Shown: piece after piece, positions 14,812 through 23,411 of the stretch
Layout of the letters: each line of letters opens with the position of its first letter
Numbering within the stretch: the first letter of the stretch is position 1
Source of the DNA: a virus
Taxonomy: Duplodnaviria > Caudoviricetes
DNA: 39,997 nucleotides
IMG/VR virus record: IMGVR_UViG_3300037515_000242
Coordinates: 1 to 39,997 of that record
Direction: 5' to 3' (one strand)
Program-made: the position numbers and the translations under genes
Notes under the pieces: model-generated
Databases searched by the model: none
What the model was told of the DNA's origin: nothing
What the model saw: only the letters and a program-made list of their open reading frames with translations

Positions 14812-15222
14812 ATGCCCATGTCGGTGTCAAGCACTCCGGGCGGTGAGGTTCATCCCACTCCGTTCGTTGGGCCAGTCGAGCATTCAGTTGCCGTGCTGCT
14901 TGACGTATCCACACTGACGATCGATGAGGTCGATCAGTACGGATACATCAAGCCTGGTGTGCTCATCCAGATTAACGGTGACAAGATCACCGGAGTCTCG
15001 CAGGTCGCGTATGGCGCGGTTATCGAAGCCGCCAAGGTTGCGCCAGCTGGTTCCGATACCGCGGCACTCGGAGCTATTACGGATGATGTCGAAGTTGCCG
15101 TTGGTCTTTTTGTTCTAATCAACCGTGACATCCTTGAGGACAGCCTCGGTCGCGCGCTTAGCGCAGATGAGCTGTCTGCCGTGGACGCCGCGGGTTCACA
15201 CGTCGCCATCACGCCCACCTGA
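14812..15222 (+). CDS. head decoration protein
   Basis: AAGGAG RBS; 136 aa with a GYIKPGVL motif; between scaffold and MCP like lambda gpD. Confidence 0.7.
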   Translation: MPMSVSSTPGGEVHPTPFVGPVEHSVAVLLDVSTLTIDEVDQYGYIKPGVLIQINGDKITGVSQVAYGAVIEAAKVAPAGSDTAALGAITDDVEVAVGLFVLINRDILEDSLGRALSADELSAVDAAGSHVAITPT

Positions 15223-15260
15223 TCCGGTGAACCGGACTAACTGACAGGAGATCAGCTACA

Positions 15261-16325
15261 ATGGCAGATTTTACCTGGCTGGCGGAGGAAGACGAACTTA
15301 CTCCGACAGCACTTACAGTCAGGGCGCAGACTGTCGACCCGACTGACGAAGGACGACTCCTATGGGCAGGTTTCATGCCCCGTCGTGATGTCGAGCAGAC
15401 GAAGATTGCGTCACTGAGTACCCTTGACGTGCGAATCACTTCGGATCGCAGAGAGTGGAACACACGCGGACGATACATCCCTCTCGAGACTCCGCCCCGT
15501 TCGGAAATCGAGTGGGTGCCGGTCGAGGCTTACTTTCGCATTGCCGAGAAAGAGATCAATGATCTCTTGAACGAAGTGCGAGGTAACCAGGCTCTCTTCC
15601 GTCAAATCGTTGGTGCTCGTATTCCTGCTCGTACGGAGATGCTTGCACTCGCTAACTGGCGGCGTGTTGAGCGTGATGTGTTCTCTGCGTGGGCTACTGG
15701 TGAAATCACGGCAATGAACCCACAGACCGGCGTCACTTACACGGTCGACTATGGATTCGACGCCGCACGTTATCAAACGGCCGGGACGGCGTGGGATGAC
15801 GCTGGTACTGACGCTTACGAAGATTTCCTTGCTTGGCTTGAAGATGCCATCGAGGCTGTTGGTCCCATCGAAGGTGCGATGATGCGTATTGCGACGCGCA
15901 ATGCTATTCAAGCGGACGCACCAAACCCGATGCCTGGTGCGCAGACGGGTCTGCGGGCTACCTTGCCGCAGATCGAACAGCGCGTCTCAGACGAACTTGG
16001 AATTCCTTTCAGGTTCTTCATCAATGAACAGACCACCGATGTGTTTACAGATGGTGGTACGGCTAAGACGCGTACCAAGGTCTGGCCTGCGCAGGTCGTC
16101 GCGGCTGTTCCTCAAGGACTGACAGTTGGAACCACGGCCTTTGCACCTGTTGCGCGTGCATACGACCTTAGTTCGCAAGCTCCTGGTGCTGGTGTTGATG
16201 TCCGTGGTGTGACCATTTATCACGAGATCGAGAACGGTGGTCGTGGTTTGGTTATCGAAGGACAGATCAACCCGATGCCCGATCCTGATGAGCAGAAGCT
16301 CTTTGTGATCGATGCTGGTGTGTGA
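15261..16325 (+). CDS. major capsid protein (HK97 fold, lambda gpE-like)
   Basis: CAGGAG RBS; RRVE....A..TG.I......VDYG...TAW motif typical of gpE-family capsids. Confidence 0.85.
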   Translation: MADFTWLAEEDELTPTALTVRAQTVDPTDEGRLLWAGFMPRRDVEQTKIASLSTLDVRITSDRREWNTRGRYIPLETPPRSEIEWVPVEAYFRIAEKEINDLLNEVRGNQALFRQIVGARIPARTEMLALANWRRVERDVFSAWATGEITAMNPQTGVTYTVDYGFDAARYQTAGTAWDDAGTDAYEDFLAWLEDAIEAVGPIEGAMMRIATRNAIQADAPNPMPGAQTGLRATLPQIEQRVSDELGIPFRFFINEQTTDVFTDGGTAKTRTKVWPAQVVAAVPQGLTVGTTAFAPVARAYDLSSQAPGAGVDVRGVTIYHEIENGGRGLVIEGQINPMPDPDEQKLFVIDAGV

Positions 16326-16365
16326 GTAATACTCCAGCTTCTCTAACTATGAGGTTCTGATTACA

Positions 16366-16695
16366 ATGGCACGTAATGAAATCAAAAACACGCTGCGGCA
16401 TGGTGGTGCGCTTTTCATGCCGGGGAATGAGCAGCATGCTGACATGCTAGCTGCAGAGTTGCATGGTCGTTCTTGCCGTCGGTTGCTTGACCGTGAGGTT
16501 GTTTCGGGTCCGGCTTTCGAGAAGAAAGCAAAGGCTTGGGAGAAGGACAACAAGGAAGCAGCTGATGAGGCCAAGCGCACTGAAGAGGTAAAGGCGACGC
16601 GCCGTGAAGCCAGTTCTGTTCCGTGGGCGCATGCACCCGGTGAGGGGAACACGTCTACGAATGAGGAAGAAGAGGAAGAAGAAGACGAGCAGTAA
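16366..16695 (+). CDS. hypothetical virion-associated/packaging accessory protein with acidic tail
   Basis: GAGG RBS; follows the MCP; ends in poly-E. Confidence 0.65.
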   Translation: MARNEIKNTLRHGGALFMPGNEQHADMLAAELHGRSCRRLLDREVVSGPAFEKKAKAWEKDNKEAADEAKRTEEVKATRREASSVPWAHAPGEGNTSTNEEEEEEEDEQ

Positions 16696-17123
16696 TGGCT
16701 GTCCAACCTGATGCTCTGATTGCCCCCAACGGTCCTGTAGAGCTTTCTCTCTTTCCGGGTGAAGCACCAGACGGCGCATTGCTCGAGCGCATGGCCGTCT
16801 ATGTCGGTAAAGCAGAAGATAAAACTTCTGCATATACCTTTGCTACCCCGGAAAGAGAGGAAGCTGCTGTTGCAGCATGGGCACTCTACTTAGCGTTCAA
16901 CGCTGCTTATACACTCTCCTTGGCTCGTCCAGCTGAGCAAGATGCTGGTTTTGAGGTGTTAGGTCGTGTCCTTTATGAAGACGACCAACGGCAGGGGCTA
17001 AAAGATTTAGCCGACAAATACTTCGAAGAATGGCTTGCAGTAATTGCTGGCGCTGATGACGGATCACAGGTGCTTGGAACAGGTGTGTCTACACACACAA
17101 CTCCGCTCACTTATGACTACTAA
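16695..17123 (+). CDS. putative head-tail adaptor
   Basis: Gene order, size and helical composition. Confidence 0.55.
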   Translation: MAVQPDALIAPNGPVELSLFPGEAPDGALLERMAVYVGKAEDKTSAYTFATPEREEAAVAAWALYLAFNAAYTLSLARPAEQDAGFEVLGRVLYEDDQRQGLKDLADKYFEEWLAVIAGADDGSQVLGTGVSTHTTPLTYDY

Positions 17124-17482
17124 TGAATGCCTTATCGCGCCATAGCGAAACATTAAGGCGCATTAAAGAGCGTGGTGAGTATATAGAGTTTACAAAGGAT
17201 ACAATAACGCACGACGAAACCACTGGCGTACAAACTGAACTGTCTCTCGACGTAGTGGTGGGTTACGCAGTTCAGTTGAAAGACGAATTGGCACACTACC
17301 GTGGCATGACTCTTATTGAAAGAGATCCTGTCACGTTGCTTTTTGTACCGTCAGCGATAAACAACAGTCCTGTTCTAAATGCACGTTGCACTTGGGGTGA
17401 TGTACAAAGGTTAGTGCGGCATTTCCGTATCATACGTGCTGATGGTTTAGTCATTGGTGCAAGGATAATAGCAATCGTATGA
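17123..17482 (+). CDS. putative head closure/stopper protein
   Basis: IKERGEYIEF...HDETTG beta-rich pattern; gene order. Confidence 0.6.
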   Translation: MNALSRHSETLRRIKERGEYIEFTKDTITHDETTGVQTELSLDVVVGYAVQLKDELAHYRGMTLIERDPVTLLFVPSAINNSPVLNARCTWGDVQRLVRHFRIIRADGLVIGARIIAIV

Positions 17483-17877
17483 CTGGTATGCTATTGGACG
17501 GACCAGGGTTCAGGCGTGCATTAGCGCGCCATACAGAAAAAGTCAATCGCCGTGAAGGTGTGATGTTTCGTAACACGGTGGAACATGTAGAACGTTCTAT
17601 CAAATTCGGAAGTGAAACAACTGGCGCACCTGGACAGCCTGTTCGTTCTGGTAACTTGTTGAAGTCTTTCTTCCGTAGTGGATCGTTGCGTTCACGAAAC
17701 GTGACAATTGCAGCAGACTTGACTAAAGCTCCTTATGCACCGCTGATTGAGAACAATCCAAACGATATGCAACTTCGTTCAGAAGTTGGAGGGTTTCATA
17801 GTATCAAGATAACAAAGATCAATTTTAGGTGGATTGTTCGGTATGAACTTGCAGTGGCTAAGGCTCTTGTACCGTAA
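17479..17877 (+). CDS. HK97 gp10-like neck/tail completion protein
   Basis: PVRSGNLLKS...APYAPLIE motif. Confidence 0.75.
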   Translation: MTGMLLDGPGFRRALARHTEKVNRREGVMFRNTVEHVERSIKFGSETTGAPGQPVRSGNLLKSFFRSGSLRSRNVTIAADLTKAPYAPLIENNPNDMQLRSEVGGFHSIKITKINFRWIVRYELAVAKALVP

Positions 17878-18533
17878 TGCTTGATAATCATGCCGCGTTG
17901 CTTGCGTTGCGCAACCGTTTGTTGACAACGGTAGTTGCCACAACTGGTTCCACAACGTTAGCGTCTACTGTGGACGGCTTTACAAGAACAACCGGCTCAT
18001 TCGTGGATGATGGTTTCGTACCTGGAATGGAGGTCACTCCTTTCGGTTTCACAGACAATTCTTCAAGTATCCTGAAAACTGTCGCACCAACTGTGGTGAC
18101 AGTACAAGATTTTAGGTTAGAAGAACCGCCTACGCCTGGAGTTTCTTTAACTGTCGGGGTACCCACCATACGGGGTTGGATCAATAAAGAGATCAAACCG
18201 GATATTGGCGCTTGGCGTATCAAAGAAATGTTTCAACCAGGCGCAGGAAGGGTTGAAGGTCTTGGTTCTTTTGTTTGGATCCATTACCATCCTTCTTATA
18301 TGGTGACTTTCCATGGTCCTGATAATTCAGGTGCCTTACCAATGATGCGGATGATGGACTCCATCCTCGGCGTGTTTCCTCCCATGTTACCGTTAGTTCT
18401 TGCGGGTGGTGTGGTTCTTCGTGTACGTTCAACGGTAGTACCTTTTGCTAGTGAGCTTCTTAACGACGAGAACGGACAAGCCTATATCGTCGTCACTGTC
18501 CCGTTATGGGTGCGCACACAGAACACTATTTAG
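17877..18533 (+). CDS. tail terminator with an inserted beta-domain
   Basis: AL..RL / GWINKEIKP / C-terminal IVVTVPLW terminator pattern, interrupted by ~78 aa containing FTRTTGSFVDDGFVPG; directly upstream of the tail tube. Confidence 0.65.
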   Translation: MLDNHAALLALRNRLLTTVVATTGSTTLASTVDGFTRTTGSFVDDGFVPGMEVTPFGFTDNSSSILKTVAPTVVTVQDFRLEEPPTPGVSLTVGVPTIRGWINKEIKPDIGAWRIKEMFQPGAGRVEGLGSFVWIHYHPSYMVTFHGPDNSGALPMMRMMDSILGVFPPMLPLVLAGGVVLRVRSTVVPFASELLNDENGQAYIVVTVPLWVRTQNTI

Positions 18534-18542
18534 GAGGTTGAC

Positions 18543-19550
18543 ATGGCGCAGTCTGCAACAAATGTCCTAGTCGCACTCATGCGGGAGACCGTTTTCGGAA
18601 CTCCTGCAACCCCTGTAACGGGTGCTGATAGATTTCGTCTGATTGACAGCGCTGGTCTAAAACTTTCTCGGGCGAATATTGTTTCGCAAGAACGGCGTTC
18701 AGATCAGCTAGAGAATATCGGGCGCCTGGGTGGTATCTCAATAGAAGGTGTGATCAATTCAGAAATCAACCCTGGTGGTGACTTTGATCTACTGATCGAA
18801 GACTTGGTTCGTGGCACTTGGGGCGCTTTGGGTGAAAACACTGATATTGATGCTGGTGGTGTGGGTGTTGGAACAGAAGTGCGTGAAGTAGATACGCCGG
18901 CCACTCCTATCTATCGCTCGTACACCATCGAACAATATGACATTGATATCGATCAGTCAGAATTGTTCACAGGCATGCGGTTGACGCAAGCGGACTTCTC
19001 GCTTCAGCCTGGTGAGATGGCGAACATTTCTTGGAGATTCCAGGGTCAAAACCGTCAGGTCCTACAAACGGCGGCGTCACCATATTTTACGGCACCGGAT
19101 CTTACTGCGGGGTTGCCTTTGATCGCAGACGATGCCGTCATAACTTACCAAGGGTCACCAATCCTTGTGGCAACCGGCTTGAACTTCACTCAGCAGACTG
19201 ATGCGGCTGGCCAGCCCGTTATTGGTTCTTTCTTGTCTCCTGATGTATTCATGAACATGCACCGTATTAACGGCACTATCTCTGCCGTTCGTGAAGACCT
19301 TGATGCTTTGGATGATTTCGACGCTGAGACTGAATTCGAGCTAAAGGTTGTCATGCAGGCACCGACGGCTCCTCCGAGGCTTACTTTCGCCTTTATCATG
19401 CCTGTTGTGAAGATTCGTGATATTGACGCTAACCTTATTGGTGGTGATGCGGCTAAGGTTGAGACGCGTCAATTCGCTGCACATCCTGAGCCTAGCTTGA
19501 GTAACGCAATCCAGTATTATTCGAGCACTGAGACTCCTATTATCGTTTAG
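18543..19550 (+). CDS. major tail (tube) protein, Phage_tube_2-like
   Basis: AGGAGG RBS; ETVFGTP, SQERRSD, RSYTIEQ...DIDQSELFTGM motifs. Confidence 0.85.
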   Translation: MAQSATNVLVALMRETVFGTPATPVTGADRFRLIDSAGLKLSRANIVSQERRSDQLENIGRLGGISIEGVINSEINPGGDFDLLIEDLVRGTWGALGENTDIDAGGVGVGTEVREVDTPATPIYRSYTIEQYDIDIDQSELFTGMRLTQADFSLQPGEMANISWRFQGQNRQVLQTAASPYFTAPDLTAGLPLIADDAVITYQGSPILVATGLNFTQQTDAAGQPVIGSFLSPDVFMNMHRINGTISAVREDLDALDDFDAETEFELKVVMQAPTAPPRLTFAFIMPVVKIRDIDANLIGGDAAKVETRQFAAHPEPSLSNAIQYYSSTETPIIV

Positions 19551-19653
19551 TATCGAGGGCGGGGCAGCGGCACGGCATTCTCGGGTACTGCTCTGAGAGG
19601 GAGTTGGTGGGGACTCCTCATCCTTGTTTACCTCTCTAGAAGGATGTTTTACT

Positions 19654-20079
19654 ATGTCCGGTCTTGACATCGAAAAAGCAAAAGAAGCAACAGCGTGTGA
19701 AGATGTTCCGTCTTTTGCGCATCTTCATGGTGTTGACGGTCAACCCCTTTTTTATGACGTAAATGAACACGAGGTAAAGCCTGTTGGTATTTACGTCACT
19801 GGTGTTCAGTCAAAGCAACACCGTATAATCGAGGCACAACAGCGTAAGCGTCGTTTGTCAAAGAAAGACATGACGGCTGAGCGTGCCATTAAGGACCATC
19901 TCGCGCGTGTGGTGAATTGTACTACTGGCTGGGAAGGGATTCATGTGAATGGTGTCCCTGTTGAACCCACTAAAGAAAACATTAGAACACTCTATGTTGA
20001 ACTTGAGTGGGTTTACGATCAAGTTGTTGACCACATGAATGAGCACAGTAATTTTTTCAAGAACGGGTCGAGCGAGTAG
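19654..20079 (+). CDS. tail assembly chaperone (gpG analogue)
   Basis: LARVV....GWEGI...G..VE.TKEN...LY..L.WV.DQV......SNFF pattern; between tube and tape measure genes. Confidence 0.85.
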   Translation: MSGLDIEKAKEATACEDVPSFAHLHGVDGQPLFYDVNEHEVKPVGIYVTGVQSKQHRIIEAQQRKRRLSKKDMTAERAIKDHLARVVNCTTGWEGIHVNGVPVEPTKENIRTLYVELEWVYDQVVDHMNEHSNFFKNGSSE

Positions 20080-20477
20080 CTGAATGGCTTAGGTTTCGTC
20101 GTCGACTCGATGAACAGGTTGGAAAAGACAAGAAAACAAAAACAGAAGCTCATCTTAATCGTGCGGCAGCACGTGGTTCACAAGCTGCAATTGACTTCTT
20201 GGAAAATGAACCTGAATATCCTGAAGATGGTGATTACTTAATACAATGGGCATTTAGGCTTCATGGGCGTAGTGGTGCAACAATTAATGGTCTTGCACCT
20301 TTATCGTATACGGCTATTGAGTCTTGGAGCAACTTGAATGGTATTCTAGGATTGTTACCAGAAGAAGTGGATGCTTTAATTTATCTTGATGATATTTTGT
20401 TAGGGCACGAATCGCTTGAAGCTGAAGAGGCTGTTGTTGTAGAACGCGAACACCTTCCTTGGCCTAAGAAGAAGTAG
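19654..20477 (+). CDS. extended tail chaperone (gpGT analogue) made by -1 programmed frameshift
   Basis: Slippery T TTT TTC at 20052-20058; the -1 frame is open without stops into track ORF 20199..20477 (GLAPLSYTAIESW motif). Confidence 0.85.
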
Positions 20478-23411
20478 ATGGAATTAGCGGCACTTGGTCT
20501 TCGTGTTGATGCTCGTGGAGCCATAAGGACGCTGAACGTCTATTCTGGTTCAGCGGCTAATGCTGGCCGCGCTACAGAGAAGTTTGAAAGAACAACTAAA
20601 AACCTGACAGCAACTCTCGGAGCTCTTGGTGGGTTCTTTGGTGTTCGACAATTAGTAGAATATGCTGATACATGGACTCTCATTAATGCCCGTGTTCGCA
20701 TTGTAACGGACACGCAAGAGAAAGCTAATGCTGTTCATGAGCGATTGTTTCAGATCGCGAACCGTACACGTAACACGATGGCGGCCACTTCTGTCCTGTA
20801 CACTCGTGTTGCTCTAAATGCGGACCAACTAGGGCGCTCTCACGAAGAGCTCCTGTTGATGACAGAGAGTGTGAACGCCGCATTGCTTATCTCTGGTGCG
20901 ACGGGTGTAGAAGCTGCACAGTCTATGCGACAGCTTGCACAGGCGCTTGGTTCTGGAAGGCTTCAAGGTGATGAGTTCCGCACCGTTATGGAAGCAATGC
21001 CGCTTGTTGCCAGGGCGATTTCTGATGAGATGGGTGTTTCTGTCGGTAAGCTTAAAGACTTGGCCGCTGACGGCCTCATTGATGTACAGACTGTCCTTGA
21101 TGCTTTGATCAAGAAGAACGAAGAGTGGGTTGAGATTATTGACGACATGCCTTTTACAGTTGGGCAGGCATTCGAAATCGTCAATAATTCAATGACTCGG
21201 ATGGTTGGCATCCTCAACCAAGCGCATGCTGTAACTAGCACCTTTTCCAGAGCGATGATTGTTCTCTCCCGCAATATGGATAAGGTCGTTGCGGCTTTCA
21301 CAGCTGCATTGTCAGTTATTATAGCGTACCGTTTGGCGCTTATTGCCACTGCTGCAATATCTTCCGTGATAACTTCTGCTCTTGCAATCAAGAAATGGTG
21401 GGATTTGGTGCGCGCTGTAACAACACTCGCGCAAGCTATGAATGTTGCTAAGATTGCAGCTTTGGGCCTGCTTCCTCTCATACAAGTGCTTACGGCAGTA
21501 GGTGTTGGTCTACTCGCGTATCGTAAGATTTTAGAGGAAATCACAAAGGCTACTGATGAATGGATAGCCGCTAATGCTGATTTGACCGATCCACTTGGTA
21601 CACGTATTGATGAAATAGACGAAAAAGCACAGAAGGTTCTAAATAACATCCAAGACATGATTCGTGAAGCACACCAAGGCGTGGTCCTGTCAGCTTCAGA
21701 TGCGGAAAAAGCAGAAGAACTAGAAATCACTTTTGAGGCCATCAATAAAACGATAGAAGCACGGCGTGAGCTACAAGGTGAGCTACTTGAACAAATGGAA
21801 GCTGCCATTGCTCTTGAACGTGGTTTAAAACTTGAAGCTTTGCGTGCTGAGCGCGCCATGGAAGCTGTTGTAGACGCGCTTGAGGAGCAGGCTCGTATAG
21901 TTGAGCGGTTTCTCAAAGACTTACAACGTTCTTTTGCAGATGTATTTGAAGATATCTTTAATGATGGTGTGAAAAGATTTTCAGACTTGTTTGATGCCAT
22001 TAAACGTCTTTTTGTGGCACTGCTAGCAGAGATGGCCGCTGCGCGCGTTATGCAGCGCCTTGGACCGGCTTTTTCGAACGTACTGACTGGACTTTTTGGT
22101 GCGTCCCAAGAAGCTATTGAGCAACAAAAAACAGATTTGGCAGGTATTGCACGGGACCACATGAAGGGCGCTACTAAAGGTGTCGAGGACATTGTACCCG
22201 TGCAGATTGAAGGTATGGATGTAACTGTCTCGCGGTCTTGGGCTTCTCAGCTTGTGTCATTACTTGCGCCAGCACTTGCAGGTTTCTTTATTGGGCAGAT
22301 GATTGGGCGCACTACTACTAACCGCACCGCCGGTGCTCTTGGAGGTGCTTTGGGTGGTGCCTTGAGTGGTGCCGCCATCGGTTCAACTATTCCGGGGGTG
22401 GGTACAGGAGTTGGCGCTATTGTAGGTGGTGTGTTTGGAGCTATCGGTGGTCTTAAAGGTTCAATGGATCGCAGTCGTGAAGAAATGGTGCTTAACAGAG
22501 CGGCTTTGCTGGCTAACAATGAGCGCCTAAAGGCTTTGCGTGATGCTTTTGAAGGAACCCAGAATCAAAGACTATTCAGCACACGTGCCATTTTAAACTC
22601 CATTAACGAAGCTGAATCTGCACAGTCACTTGGAAATGCCGTATCTTTTCTTCAAGCAGTTGATCGTCTAGTTCCTGCTGCACAGGAATTAGGTATCGTG
22701 TTGCGTGATGAGGCTGGGCGCTACATTCCTGGGTCACTTGAACAGTTTAGAGAAGCTATAGAATTAACCATTCTAACATTGACGCAATGGGGTAACAACC
22801 TCAGTGATGTTAGAGCACGACAAGAAGCTTACAATAAACTATTTGATGTAGAAGACACACCTGCACAAGCACTTGAAGACGCTTATAACGCCATCAGCCA
22901 ACTTGCACCTGATTTAGTGCGTGCCCTTGGTATTGGGAATTTGAACCTTGATGCACCAGCTGCTCGTGCAGCTCTTTTAGAAGGATTGCGCGAAATCTTT
23001 CGTATGGTTGAGTCTGGTGAGTTTACGATGACACCTGAACTCTTAGGCGCCTTTGCCAATATAGATGAGCTCATTGACGCCGTGCTTCGTACCAAAGATG
23101 CCTTCGATAAGCTAAATCAGGTAATCTTCGATATTGTCACAGATTTTCCGCGTGCTATGGATATTGCTTTTTATGAGCAATTGTATGGCCGCTTCACAAC
23201 CGGCGGTGGCATTCAACTGCCTGGAGGTATTCTAGGTGGTCCACGAGGTGTGTCACAGGCGCAGAGTTGGAATATTGGTTCTGTCACTATTGTGAATGAA
23301 TCAAACGATACAGGTGAATCATTACTACAGAAGATGGAAACTGCGGTAAACCAGCGCCGCGCTCGGGGTGGTTCTGTTGATCTCGACAGGGACGGCGAGA
23401 ACCTGTTTTGA
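20478..23411 (+). CDS. tail tape measure protein
   Basis: YADTWT...ARV, QLAQALGSGRLQGDEFRTVME tape-measure domain; Ala/Gly-rich hydrophobic segments. Confidence 0.95.
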   Translation: MELAALGLRVDARGAIRTLNVYSGSAANAGRATEKFERTTKNLTATLGALGGFFGVRQLVEYADTWTLINARVRIVTDTQEKANAVHERLFQIANRTRNTMAATSVLYTRVALNADQLGRSHEELLLMTESVNAALLISGATGVEAAQSMRQLAQALGSGRLQGDEFRTVMEAMPLVARAISDEMGVSVGKLKDLAADGLIDVQTVLDALIKKNEEWVEIIDDMPFTVGQAFEIVNNSMTRMVGILNQAHAVTSTFSRAMIVLSRNMDKVVAAFTAALSVIIAYRLALIATAAISSVITSALAIKKWWDLVRAVTTLAQAMNVAKIAALGLLPLIQVLTAVGVGLLAYRKILEEITKATDEWIAANADLTDPLGTRIDEIDEKAQKVLNNIQDMIREAHQGVVLSASDAEKAEELEITFEAINKTIEARRELQGELLEQMEAAIALERGLKLEALRAERAMEAVVDALEEQARIVERFLKDLQRSFADVFEDIFNDGVKRFSDLFDAIKRLFVALLAEMAAARVMQRLGPAFSNVLTGLFGASQEAIEQQKTDLAGIARDHMKGATKGVEDIVPVQIEGMDVTVSRSWASQLVSLLAPALAGFFIGQMIGRTTTNRTAGALGGALGGALSGAAIGSTIPGVGTGVGAIVGGVFGAIGGLKGSMDRSREEMVLNRAALLANNERLKALRDAFEGTQNQRLFSTRAILNSINEAESAQSLGNAVSFLQAVDRLVPAAQELGIVLRDEAGRYIPGSLEQFREAIELTILTLTQWGNNLSDVRARQEAYNKLFDVEDTPAQALEDAYNAISQLAPDLVRALGIGNLNLDAPAARAALLEGLREIFRMVESGEFTMTPELLGAFANIDELIDAVLRTKDAFDKLNQVIFDIVTDFPRAMDIAFYEQLYGRFTTGGGIQLPGGILGGPRGVSQAQSWNIGSVTIVNESNDTGESLLQKMETAVNQRRARGGSVDLDRDGENLF

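Noticed and set aside
20963-22192. 409-aa minus-strand ORF
   Set aside because: Antisense to the tape measure gene; the Ser-rich composition is what reverse-reading Glu/Ala codons produces
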